DNA of 63,981 bases, counting the filler, from Octopus bimaculoides (Eukaryota): NCBI RefSeq assembly GCF_001194135.2. It is 9 parts of 8 records of this genome, joined end to end, with 100 filler letters (N's around TTAATTAATTAA, not from the genome) between each part and the next. Parts side by side here need not be neighbours in the genome. Positions count along the whole stretch, not along the records: positions 52,182 to 60,711 come from NC_069007.1; positions 60,812 to 63,981 come from NW_026430414.1; 7 more parts are not named here. The stretch is one strand, 5' to 3'. The first letter of the stretch is position 1. Every line of letters starts with the position of its first letter. This document shows positions 52,295 through 63,981 of this stretch, in pieces. Both the position numbers and the translations under genes were made by a program. Under the pieces are notes generated by a model. It made no database searches. It had not been told where the DNA came from and was given only the letters and a program-made list of their open reading frames with translations.

Positions 52295-54086
52295 AATATT
52301 TCTATGTGGATATGATTAAGAAAATTTTTTCTATTTACAAACTAGTTAAAATAGTACTCAATACAGGGTGCATGAGTATATAATTTATAAAAGATTGGGA
52401 ACAAGAATCTAGTAACTTTAACTGTGATTTTTCAAGAAGCAGAACCTATGTATTTGAGTGTGTGTGTATGTATGTATGTTTGGATGTTTATATCAACAGA
52501 TGAATGGTTGTATGTATATGCGTGTATACATCTATGGATATATTCATGTCGTTTGGAGGATTGATTGAAGATGCTGGTGGAGTATTGGACAAACTGCTTT
52601 GTTGTATTTAGTTATGTCTCTTTAATGTTCTGAGTTCAAATCCTGCCCGGGACCAATTTGATATTCATTCCTTCATTTTTTTTTTTTTTTTCTTTCCGAG
52701 GTTTGATAAAACAGTGACGAGACATCGTACTGGGATCGATTAAAATCCCCTAAAAAATAAAAAAAATAATAAAAAAAAAAAACATGAAAAAATATAATTT
52801 TGAAATCAGTATTACAGCATGGCTGTGACCATTCCAACAATTGAAACCATTAAAAGAATCGTAGACTCTTGCAGATGCTGTGATTTGGTCGAAGATTCCG
52901 ATTGGGACCAGATTATTTCAATTATGAACATCAATACTCCTGACAAGAGAATGAATGCCATACATTCTCACCCACCCCAAACCCCACACNNNNNNNNNNN
53001 NNNNNNNNNNNNNNNNNNNNNNNNNNNNNNNNNNNNNNNNNNNNNNNNNNNNNNNNNNNNNNNNNNNNNNNNNNNNNNNNNNNNNNNNNNNNNNNNNNNN
53101 NNNNNNNNNNNNNNNNNNNNNNNNNNNNNNNNNNNNNNNNNNNNNNNNNNNNNNNNNNNNNNNNNNNNNNNNNNNNNNNNNNNNNNNNNNNNNNNNNNNN
53201 NNNNNNNNNNNNNNNNNNNNNNNNNNNNNNNNNNNNNNNNNNNNNNNNNNNNNNNNNNNNNNNNNNNNNNNNNNNNNNNNNNNNNNNNNNNNNNNNNNNN
53301 NNNNNNNNNNNNNNNNNNNNNNNNNNNNNNNNNNNNNNNNNNNNNNNNNNNNNNNNNNNNNNNNNNNNNNNNNNNNNNNNNNNNNNNNNNNNNNNNNNNN
53401 NNNNNNNNNNNNNNNNNNNNNNNNNNNNNNNNNNNNNNNNNNNNNNNNNNNNNNNNNNNNNNNNAAAAGGTGAAAACAAGCAATGTTAATTCTCTAAATG
53501 AAGTATTAACAGTAACTGCACGATAAAGTGTAGTATATTGCCACTTAAGTGTGGCTGACCCCTAGGGGTGGATGTTACTGTTGCTTTTAGCCCCAGGAGG
53601 ACATCTCCTCCAGCTGGCTTATCGACACACGACTGTGTCCTGTTTGCCAAAGGAAGTTATCCCTCTCACCATGATCTGTAGCACGAACGGATCCGGATTT
53701 CAGGGTTATTTCCCTTCGTCGGCGTTCGACAGCCACTGACCTTGGTGAGAGAGACAAAATCCTGGCAATCTTATATCTACTTTTCCAGTGAAATTCTTCA
53801 CTGATATCGAAAAGGTGAAAACAAGCAATGTTAATTCTCTATGTATGTATGTCTGTATGTATATGTATCCATATTTTTTCATATTATGGGTTTAAAATTA
53901 ATTAAAAATTATATTTGTGTCTTTCTCTGTGTGCTGAATATGTTGGCCCCGTGTTGTACATTATGATCCAAGTGAAACTATCAATGACCAATACCAAAGA
54001 AATTTTCATTAAGTTGATTTTAACGAGATGCTCTAATTAAGTTTGTAACACACACACACACACATGCATATACTGAGATATATTTT

Positions 54087-54133
<47 letters not shown>

Positions 54134-54204
54134 ATACTTAAATAAATGAATGCATACATATGCTTGTGTAGAAGATAATTAATTAAACGTTTAACATATT
54201 TTCT

Positions 54205-55220
54205 TGCATACAAGTCAAAGTTTTCAGACCAAAATTTACGGCCAAAAAGGGAAGGTTGACTTCTACAAGCGAGATGACTTCGGGGAACCGAAAATTCCCT
54301 GTGAAATGCCGCAGCCTTTGTAATGTTTTGTTTGCATGTTTATAAAATGTAGTACATCGATTTGTATGCTGGAAAATATGCTAAAATGAAAACCTAAATC
54401 CATTGGTGACTTTCATTTCTGAAATTTCTTTCAAAACTCCACTATTTAATCCCATAGATCAGTGGTTCCCAACCTGTGGCCTGTGGACCCCTGGTGGCCA
54501 GCAGAGGTAAGACTGGGGGTCCGTAAACTAAATTCAAAATTTCACACACACACACACACACACACACNNNNNNNNNNNNNNNNNNNNNNNNNNNNNNNNN
54601 NNNNNNNNNNNNNNNNNNNNNNNNNNTTCCGATCTCACACACACACACACAAGCATATTAAAAGGGGTCTGTGGAAAAACTCTTCTAAATAAAAGGGGTC
54701 CTTAGTAATGAAAATGTTGGGAACCACTGCCATAGACTTCCCATATTTCCCTGCAAACAAGTCAAAGTTTTCAGACCCACATTCCCAAAATTTCCTTCAG
54801 ATTTTCAAAATTCAGTGCCATGTTTTCAGACATTGAAGTCAAATTTTTCTGACCAGAATTTAAAACCAAAATAGGGAGGGTGACTTCTACAAGCAAGATG
54901 ACTTTAGGGGATCAAAGATTCCATGATCGAAGATGCAGCAGTTTTTGGAATGTCTGTTTGCGTGTTTATATTATGTACTACATTAATTTGTATGATGGAA
55001 AATATGCTAACATGAAAATCTAAATTCTTGGGTGAGTCTTATTTCCAAAATTTCCATCAAAATCTCAGAATTCAGTGCCATAGACTAACCATATTTTCTG
55101 GTATTGAAGTCAAATTTTTCAGACTAAAATTTACAGCCAAAAAAATGGTAGGTTGACTTATACACCAAGATGACTTCAAAGGATCAAAAATTCCATGTGA
55201 AATGCAGCAGGTTTTGGAAA
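54205..55220. repeat. About 270-bp tandem repeat, three imperfect units
   Basis: AAGTCAAA.TTTT.AGAC...GG.TGACTT.TACA..AGATGACTT recurs near 54212, 54836 and 55108. Confidence 0.8.
54460..54729. mobile_element. hAT (Charlie-like) MITE with an 8-bp TSD
   Basis: TIRs CAGTGGTTCCCAAC and GTTGGGAACCACTG; flanks CCATAGAT (54452-54459) and CCATAGAC (54730-54737), with central TA. Confidence 0.85.
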
Positions 55221-55991
55221 GATGGTGATGATCTTTGAATGGTTACACTTCATTCAGGCCTACTATGATGGCATTTAACGAAATGTCTGTTACCTGCTAA
55301 TTCTTTTTATTTAGCATATATTTATGTGTGCGTGTGTGTGTGTGTGTGTGTATCTGTTTGTCCCCTTCATCATCGTTTGACAACCGGTGCTGGAGCTTTT
55401 GCGTCCTCGTAACTTAGCAGTTGGGCAAAAGAGACGATAAAATAAGTATTATGGTTACAAAGAATCGGTCCTGGGAGTCGATTCATTCGACAAAAAATTC
55501 AGGGTGGTGCTCCAGCCTGGCCGCAGTCAAATGTTTGCAGCAGGTAAATGAACAAATGAATAATGTTGTGATGTGTGTACATTGTCTAGGAAGGTCATGG
55601 TTGGAAGGCATTAAGTTATGAAACAGCATGTTTTCGAAACAGTCACTGTAGAATAATCGGACAAAAGAATTAGCAATAATTTATAGTTTGAATTTCAAGG
55701 GACGTAACCGTAGCAAATATGGTTAAAGTTATCTCCCTTTATACATTTAGACGTCACTTTTTATTTATTTATTTATTGCCATTAATTATTTGAGATTCTG
55801 CGACGAAGCCTGCAATTTCGTGGGAGGTGAGACTAGTCGATTACCTTGACCCCAATATCCAACTGGTACTTTATTATCGACCCCGAAAGAATGAAAGACA
55901 AAGTCGAGCTCGGCGGAAATTGAAAAATATAAAATGACAATTTACCCATCGCACTCTGTGTGTGTGTGTGTGTGTGTATACATACAAACAT

Positions 55992-56355
55992 GGGAGGCGC
56001 AATGGCCCAGTGGATCGCGGTTTCGATTCCCAGACCGGGCGTTGTGAGTGTTTATTGAGCGAAAACACCTAAAGTTCCACGAGGCTCCGGCAGGAGATGG
56101 TGGCAAACCCTGCTGTACTCTTTCACCACAACTTTCTCTCACTCTTACTTCCTGTTTCTGTTGTACCTGTGATTGAAAAGGTCAGCCTTGTCACACTGTG
56201 TCACGCTGAATATCCCCGAGAACACTATGTTAAGGGTACACGTGTCTGTGGAGTGCTCAGCCACTTGCACGTTAATTTCACGAACAGTCTGTTCCGTTGA
56301 TCGGATCAACTGGAACCCTCGTCGTCGTAAGCGACGGAGTGCCAACAACAACAAC
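55992..56355 (+). mobile_element. SINE family D, near full length, (AAC)n tail
   Basis: tRNA-like head through ...GACGGAGTGCCAACAACAAC. Confidence 0.9.
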
Positions 56356-56402
56356 TGATGGCCCAATTAAACACAAGAGCAGTGAGGATAGGAGAGGCTA
56401 CA

Positions 56403-56683
56403 ACTAGCATGAACAGGTAGACTTTCAGCCTACTCAAACAGAAATTGGTTTGAGAGAACAGATGTGTCTGCGAGCAATATGGACAGGTAAGCCTTCAACC
56501 TGTCGTAACCGCAGTTGGTGAGGGAGAACCGACGTGTCTGCAAAGAACACGGACAGGCAAGCATTTAAGCCGTTCAAACCACAGTTACCAAGCGAGTACG
56601 ATGACCCTAGCAACAACATGGACAGGGAGGCCTTCAACCCGCCCAAACCACAGTTGGCTAGCAAGAACAGGCGAGTCCACAGC
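56403..56683. repeat. Degenerate tandem array, four units of 70/70/69/72 bp
   Basis: Units start at 56403, 56473, 56543 and 56612 and share roughly A.CA.GGACAGG.A.GC.TT.AA.C....AAACC.CAGTT; a partial fifth unit lies near 56720. Confidence 0.75.
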
Positions 56684-56947
56684 CAACATAAACCAGATAG
56701 AATACGTATGAGTCTATAGCTTGCACGGACAGGTAAGCATCAAAAGAGCGACAACATGCCGAGGCTTTCATCGTGCAATGAAGCCGCGATGGCTAAATCT
56801 TTTCTTTCATCTTTTCCCAGACATAGTTAACATCTCTCACTAGCACCATTCTTTCTAATATTTGCAAGTTGTAGACTCGCTACGTAATATTTATCTTATA
56901 ATTTCTAATCAGTACTGTTTGTGCATAAAACTATTTATTAATAATAA

Positions 56948-57270
56948 TAAGAGCGCTCAGAGTGCGTAAACCTCCGCAAAAGCAACACCAACGTCCTCTC
57001 AACGATTAGCCGGAGAGGATTTTTAAAATGAGAATATATAAAATAAACTCAACTGCTCTCACAAATGAGAATACTAAAAATGAACCCAACCGCTCTCAAA
57101 AGTTAAGTACAAAAAAAACAAAAAACAGAAAAGTAATCCAGAATCGTTGTCCGGTACTGGATCAATCCTAATCAGTTTGTGCCAGTCACGAGGCCAAACA
57201 TCCCTGAAAGTTTCATCCGTATCCATCCAGCGGTTCTTGAGATATCTTGCCCATGGACAAACAAATAAAG
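56948..57270 (+). mobile_element. Probable non-autonomous Helentron/DINE-1-like element, 3'-incomplete
   Basis: AAGAGCGCTCAGAGTGCG.AAACCTCCGC start and AATCAGTT...GAAAGTTTCATCCG.ATCCATCC...ACAAACAAA interior, as recalled for this element class. Confidence 0.5.
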
Positions 57271-57741
57271 CCTGATACGCGAAGTTGCGAGGACGTAAAC
57301 AAACCAACATCGGTTTTCAAGCCATGGTGGGGGAACAAACATAGACACAAAGACATACACACACATATATGTATGTGTATANNNNNNNNNNNNNNNNNNN
57401 NNNNNNNNNNNNNNNNNNNNNNNNNNNNNNNNNNNNNNNNNNNNNNNNNNNNNNNNNNNNNNNNNNNNNNNNNNNNNNNNNNNNNNNNNNNNNNNNNNNN
57501 NNNNNNNNNNNNNNNNNNNNNNNNNNNNNNNNNNNNNNNNNNNNNNNNNNNNNNNNNNNNNNNNNNNNNNNNNNNNNNNNNNNNNNNNNNNNNNNNNNNN
57601 NNNNNNNNNNNNNNNNNNNNNNNNNNNNNNNNNNNNNNNNNNNNNNNNNNNNNATATATATCGGGTCCCCCTTTTTTCTTTCCAAGTTTATTCTTTGCTT
57701 ACATTTGGACGGAAGTCTTCAGTTTCCAGAGGAAAATATTT

Positions 57742-57950
57742 ATTTCTTTATTACCCACAGTGGGACTAAACATAGAGGGGACAAACAAGGACAGACAAAG
57801 AGATTAAGTCGATTGCATCGACCCCAGTGCGTAATCAAAAAGATGAAAAGCAAAGTCGACCTCGGAGGAATTTGAACTCAGAACGTAACGGCAGACAAAA
57901 TACAGCTAAGCATTTCGCCCGGTGTGCTAACGTTTCTGCCAGCTCGCCAC
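57742..57950 (-). mobile_element. SINE family B (B1 tail)
   Basis: Matches 41502-41712. Confidence 0.9.
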
Positions 57951-58809
57951 TCTTGCCGAGGATAGTATTGAAAAGTCGATTTATATCTATGGTTTTCTTC
58001 GGTCAAAGAATAACGTAGACCCGATTCGATCTCAGATTCAGCAGTTGTAAAGTTATCCTCTTAACCACACAGCCACGTCTGCATCAAATAGGACATATTG
58101 TTAGAAATCCAACTGTGGCTTTCCAGTCTTTCATATTACCAACATGTCGATCATCACTTAAAATTGTATGATGAGATTTAAAGAAGATTTCGTTGCTATT
58201 TCTAGCAGAACGGGCGACTCAAGAGAAAAATTCCTTAATGGTTAACATAAAACTAATTTCACAAAATGAATAACGGGACGATTTCAATTAAAATTATCTC
58301 CCTTGCCACTAACACGGCAGCCATTGATCTTCCGGTTAAAAATTTTATGAATCTAAAGTACCACGAACTGTTTGTTATACACACACTCAACCTTCCCTAT
58401 ATACACCACACAGACATATATATATATATATACACATATATACACACGCACACACATTACTGAACTTTGTGTGAAAATACGTAATGCCTTTGGAAGTTAT
58501 TACAAAGCTTTCGCCATATTAGTATTTGTCAGCGGTATAAACGGCGGTAGGGGAAGTGGTGATGATTGCTATGGTGATGGTAGTGATGGTGATGAAGACA
58601 AGATTTTGAAGAGACTCTTCAATCCACTACAACAGAGCCCCCTTCCGGGCTTTTCTAGCACCGTAGCCTTAACATTCTTTCGCTACCTCTTCAAGTACAA
58701 ACAGCAAACAATACAACTCGACGTTGTTATACTTCTGTTCCTAGCGGCCTGCCGTGATAAACGTAGCACCGCTGTCTGACCTCGGTTTGGATTGGAAACG
58801 CGCTAAGCG

Positions 58810-58955
58810 GCGTATACATACATACATACATACATACATACATACATACATACGTACACAGGCACACATACATACGTACACATGCACACATACATATACA
58901 TGCACAAATACATGTGTATTGTATATATGCAAACCCACATATACGTTTATATAAC

Positions 58956-59023
<68 letters not shown>

Positions 59024-59157
59024 TACATATGTATATATATATATGTGTCTGTATGCATGTATTTATATATGTGTATACGTATGTATATATATGTGTGTAC
59101 ATACATGTACATATATATGTGTGTGTATACATGTATTTATATGTGTGTATATGTATG

Positions 59158-59190
<33 letters not shown>

Positions 59191-59984
59191 GTGCATATGT
59201 ATGTATATACACTTATAAATATATGTACACGTATATACATGTATATTTGTGATTGCAAGTGTGTATATTATCTATATGGATGTAAATATATAAATGTATG
59301 TATGCATATAGCATATATAGAAATACACACACACACACATATATATATATACGTAGAAATATATGCATATATGTTTGCATATATATATATANNNNNNNNN
59401 NNNNNNNNNNNNNNNNNNNNNNNNNNNNNNNNNNNNNNNNNNNNNNNNNNNNNNNNNNNNNNNNNNNNNNNNNNNNNNNNNNNNNNNNNNNNNNNNNNNN
59501 NNNNNNNNNNNNNNNNNNNNNNNNNNNNNNNNNNNNNNNNNNNNNNNNNNNNNNNNNNNNNNNNNNNNNNNNNNNNNNNNNNNNNNNNNNNNNNNNNNNN
59601 NNNNNNNNNNNNNNNNNNNNNNNNNNNNNNNNNNNNNNNNNNNNNNNNNNNNNNNNNNNNNNNNNNNNNNNNNNNNNNNNNNNNNNNNNNNNNNNNNNNN
59701 NNNNNNNNNNNNNNNNNNNNNNNNNNNNNNNNNNNNNNNNNNNNNNNNNNNNNNNNNNNNNNNNNNNNNNNNNNNNNNNNNNNNNNNNNNNNNNNNNNNN
59801 NNNNNNNNNNNNNNNNNNNNNNNNNNNNNNNNNNNNNNNNNNNNNNNNNNNNNNNNNNNNNNNNNNNNNNNNNNNNNNNNNNNNNNNNNNNNNNNNNNNN
59901 NNNNNNNNNNNNNNNNNNNNNNNNNNNNNNNNNNNNNNNNNNNNNNNNNNNNNNNNNNNNNNNNNNNNNNNNNNNNNNNNNNNN

Positions 59985-60041
<57 letters not shown>

Positions 60042-60058
60042 GCTAGCTATATATCTAC

Positions 60059-60105
<47 letters not shown>

Positions 60106-60118
60106 GCTATATATCTAC

Positions 60119-60158
<40 letters not shown>

Positions 60159-60160
60159 AT
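58810..60160. repeat. Large compound microsatellite field (ACAT, AT, cryptic AT/GT, ATCT) around a ~590-bp gap
   Basis: Directly visible; it produces the spurious 386-aa and 359-aa ORFs. Confidence 0.95.
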
Positions 60161-60477
60161 ACATGCAGAAGACGATCGCTCTTTGAACGGAATGGTCGCA
60201 TTTCTTAGAAGACCTGAACTGATTCTTTGGCAGAATACTCAACGATTCTTGCATTTAAACACATTAGTCATACACACACATCATATATACCATATACACA
60301 CCGCAATAAACACACCATGTATTGTACACACTTTTACAAGCCACACATACACACACATATACCATAAATTTATATAAAACATGCTTTAAACACACCTCTC
60401 AGGTTATACACGCCATACGTATATACACCTCATAAGCATGCCTCACCTGCAATGTATTTTTTGCGTTTATTCTTATA

Positions 60478-60672
60478 TTCTTTTACTTGTTTCAGTCAGT
60501 TTCACTGCGGCCATACTGGAGCAACGCCTTTTTAGTAGAAGAAATCGATGTCTGGACTTCTTCTTTGTAATCCTAGTACTTGTCCAGCCGGTCTCTTTTT
60601 GCCGAACCGCTAGATAGCGGGGACACGAACACATCAATATGAGTTGTCAAGCGATGATCGGGGGACAAACAC

Positions 60673-60680
<8 letters not shown>
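60478..60680 (-). mobile_element. SINE family A body and tail
   Basis: GCCGAACCGCTAG block and the tail. Confidence 0.8.
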
Positions 60681-60711
<31 letters not shown>

Positions 60712-60904
60712 NNNNNNNNNNNNNNNNNNNNNNNNNNNNNNNNNNNNNNNNNNNNTTAATTAATTAANNNNNNNNNNNNNNNNNNNNNNNNNNNNNNNNN
60801 NNNNNNNNNNNTAAATCTGATAAAGTCAATTTCTTGGATGCACTTTGACCACAGTCTATGGATCGTTGTCTTGTGTTCTGGAAATGGGCGAATCCAGTAC
60901 ATCG

Positions 60905-61290
60905 AGATAGTAGGGCATGACATATTCAGTACCGTGTATGCCATCCCTGGGTGTTAATACGGCCATACAACGTCGGTACATGGTGTGCATGAGGCGATTC
61001 ACAAAAGCCATTGGCAGCTGCGCCCACACACTAAGGAAAGCTGCCTCCAGTTACACATGAGTTGTCGGCCTTGGGACCACTTGGTTCAGACGTCTTTGGA
61101 TTTCATCCCATGGGTGTTCTATTGGGTTCAATTCCGGACTGGGAGCCGGATAAGGCATGATTCTGATGTTGTGCTGACGCAGGAAGTCCATGGTGACTCT
61201 GGGCGTGTGGGAGGTAATATTGTCACGCTGCAATATGGGGATATGTTGACGCGCGAAGACGGGCACAATTAGCTCGCCTTCCGTGAGTAC
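60905..61290 (-). mobile_element. Tc1 (DD34E) transposase C-terminal remnant
   Basis: ILQRDNITSHTPRVTMDFLRQHNIRIMPYPAPSPELNPIEHPWDEIQRRL matches the QQDNA..H / WPA.SPDLNPIE.LW motifs. Confidence 0.9.
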
Positions 61291-62539
61291 TTAAGTAGTA
61301 TTCAAATGCCAAGGCTATATTAACGTTAACCACAGCCAAAAATCTAGAGCAGTCCTCGTTTTCAGAAAACCCTTGATACTGTACACCAACAAGAAATTTC
61401 AGTTTGAAACGAGAGCTAATANNNNNNNNNNCTGTACACCAACAAGAAATTTCAGTTTGAAACGAGAGCTAATAACTAACTTGTTAATACACTCAAAAGA
61501 CAGGTGCTTAAACTTACACATAATTATCTTTATAAGGTACGAAAGTTTCGTGACAAGACGCATATATTTTGACATAACATACAACAAGTAATTTAACACA
61601 AATCATACACAATTGATTTTATACTTTTGCAAACAGAAATATAATACAGTTTTTAGTTTACAAGAATGTTGCTTTGATTGTTAATCTCTCTGAAAATTTT
61701 CTCTTAATATTCTCTCTGGTTCATTATGGCACAGTATAATTCTTGTAAGCATTAATAAAAAAAGAAGCAAATTATTTTCATATTTCAGAAATGCCGTTTA
61801 ATTTTTTTCATGCAACACTTCTGACTTTTGTCATCAAAACAAAGCAGATCATCAACTACAAGGTATCAGTACGCAGTGTTTGCATTTGTAAACCCCAATG
61901 TTTGCAGTCCATTCCTACTTTTGTTAAACCCGTCATCCGAATACCAAGGGAAAGAGGGACGCTAGTATTTTTTAAGGTTAGTTCAAGACTTTGATGACAC
62001 CCCATTTAATAACCGACCTTGTGGGATTCTGACTAGAATACAGGCGACGAATGGTCCTGTTGACGATTTGATTAACAATGAATTAATCGATGAAGAGTTG
62101 ATGCTGTTTTCCAATTAAACTTTAATCACTTGTTTCATTTTCCAGTTGAATTTTTTCTATTTCCAATGCCATTTTGTTATGTAAAACATCATGTTTACTT
62201 TATTCTTGTTGTCAATCCAGCTATTTCAATTTCCCTCGTAAACTTAGTGCTTTCTACGAAACAGTTCAGTTCCTTATTTCTTCCATTTTTTGTGAATATT
62301 ATAAACTGTCTCATGTTAGTTTTAAAACCATTTTTAATTCTAAATATCTTTCTAGAAACAAACGTTAAGATTAATCCTGTGGATTGCTAGACTTGGTGGA
62401 GGTGGTTTTTTTGCATTGCTATATACCAAGTAAAATATTATTGTTTATATTTTATTTTAAAATGTTATTTTTATAAATTAATAAAGAAAAATAAAATATA
62501 AGATTTTATGGAAATATAATGTAGTAAAAATTTAATGCA

Positions 62540-62865
62540 TCATGTTCTTCTTTCTTTGCGCCCTTTTAAAGCCTAGCCAGGCTCATGGGCTCGGTTTCCC
62601 GGTTTCTATGGCGTATGTGTGCCCCCCCCCCAGCTCGACGGGACGCCAGTCCATCGCAGCTTTACTCAAGAAACAGGAAGAAAGAGTGAGAGAAAGTTGG
62701 GGCGAAAGAGTACAACAGAGGTCGGCACCACCCCCTGCCGGAGCCTCGTGGAGCTTTAGGTGTTTTCGCTCAATAAACAAACACAACGCCTGGTCTGGGA
62801 ATCGAAACCGCGGTCCTCCGACCGCGAGTTCGCTGTCCTAACCACTGGGCCATTGTGCCTCCACG
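62540..62865 (-). mobile_element. SINE family D in the intron next to the LDLa exon
   Basis: Reverse complement of the 55992 head. Confidence 0.9.
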
Positions 62866-62913
62866 CATAATCTAATATTCCTTTATAAAAAGACTGAAAG
62901 TTTCTCTGCTTAC

Positions 62914-63045
62914 CACAATCTTCTTCATCACTATGATCATCACAGTCAGGTTGTCCATCACATACACTTTCTTTGAAAATACACGTATTTGTAGAATTAG
63001 TTCCATTGCGACTTGAAGGACAGCTCACTTTACCAAGTGGACATG
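62914..63045 (-). CDS. Internal exon encoding one LDL-receptor class A (LDLa) module of an unidentified extracellular or membrane protein
   Basis: Acceptor ttccgcatcttcag| and donor TGTG|gtaagc. The 132-nt phase 1-1 exon reads CPLGKVSCPSSRNGTNSTNTCIFKESVCDGQPDCDDHSDEEDC, with six Cys and the D-C-x-D-x-S-D-E calcium-binding motif. No other exon of this gene was recognised. Confidence 0.9.
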
Positions 63046-63479
63046 CTGAAGATGCGGAAATAGAAAACGGAATATATAAATAAATTGTCATAACATATTC
63101 TTTAAATAAATACATATTTGACGTGTTTAAACTTTATTGTAATCTTGTGATCTTATTTTCTTGTAAGAAGCTGAAATTAACGATTATATATTTAGAGCTT
63201 TTAACAGGTTTTCTTCATCTGAACTGCTGATATATTTACAGCCTCTCTAACCAACATATCAACATGACTTCAGCTTGGAACAGATGACAAAGTATTGCAA
63301 TAGTCTATATGATTGCAAAAACATGCCTGAGAGGGTAGGATTTAAAGAACAATATCAGGTATAGAATACTTGAGCTGTAAAAAATTCCCCCTAAACCAAC
63401 CAAACAATATAAACAATACTTGAAGACGCTCCCCCAGCTTCCAAAATTTACTGACATTTACCCATTAATGCAAGACTTG

Positions 63480-63981
63480 CAATACCACAGTGGGAACAAC
63501 TAAAGCTGTCGTCATCCATCACACAACTCTCAAGCTATTTCGTCTCGAAGACTGCAACCGATTCTTCTGGTCCCTTGGTAAAGAGTTATCTACTAAGTTT
63601 ACAGAATCTTAACATCCACTTCACAACAATGATGGATCTGTGATTAGTAATCCCGAAGAGGAAGGTTCTATCTTCGCTTTCCCGTTTTGCAGCCAAATTC
63701 ACAGGAAAAGAGCTTGAAACAACTCCTCCAAAGCTATCAGTCTACCACCTGCATACATTGATGGTAACAACAGAAGTACCTGAATTCAATTCAACCCAAA
63801 AGGATCCTTTACTCACTAATCATTTCAATCTCTCGCTCTCAACGGAAATCTAACCTGACCGTTGGAAACAAGCTGCAGTATAATCGATTCACCGTAAAGG
63901 TAGCTTCTCTAACTCTTCCAACTCTCGCCTTGTCACCCTCATATTCAATATCCCTACTGTGATTAAGTAAGCCTTTAACAC
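63480..63981 (+). mobile_element. Degenerate CR1/Jockey-like LINE, pre-RT region and RT start
   Basis: FWSLGK...HPLHNNDGSVISNP and RWKQAAV*SIHRKGSFSNSSNSRLVTL (compare WK.A.V.PI.KKG..SN..NYRPI.L). Confidence 0.65.

Noticed and set aside
58590-58810. CpG-rich block with a weak RT-like peptide (LLFVLEEVAKEC)
   Set aside because: Similarity is too weak to call; probably a decayed retroelement.
61380-61475. ~43-bp exact direct repeat (CTGTACACCAACAAG...GAGCTAATA)
   Set aside because: The copies flank an 11-N gap, which is typical of an unmerged contig overlap.

Overview
Eukaryotic, AT-rich, repeat-saturated draft-assembly DNA. It is very probably from an octopus (coleoid cephalopod); this is an inference from the tRNA-derived SINE families and the extreme microsatellite load. 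About 27 N-gaps total roughly 6 kb, and eight of them are 100-bp placeholders with an artificial TTAATTAATTAA core. Almost every ORF in the supplied track is a microsatellite or N artefact. The only confidently host-derived coding sequence is one 132-nt phase-1/1 LDL-receptor class A exon on the minus strand (62914-63045). A weaker minus-strand gene model in the first 11 kb coincides with a CpG-depleted domain that ends near 11.1 kb. The rest is a transposon graveyard: four SINE families, R4/Dong-type, RTE-like, CR1/Jockey-like and Penelope retroelements, mariner, maT, Tc1 and hAT remnants, MITEs and a Helentron-like element. The most interesting unexplained signals are minimal hammerhead-ribozyme-like motifs of the Penelope type, a perfect 30-bp-arm palindrome, a degenerate ~70-bp repeat array, and apparent (TAA)n targeting by the R4/Dong-type LINE. 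All calls were made by eye, and repeat boundaries are approximate (often plus or minus 10-30 bp).
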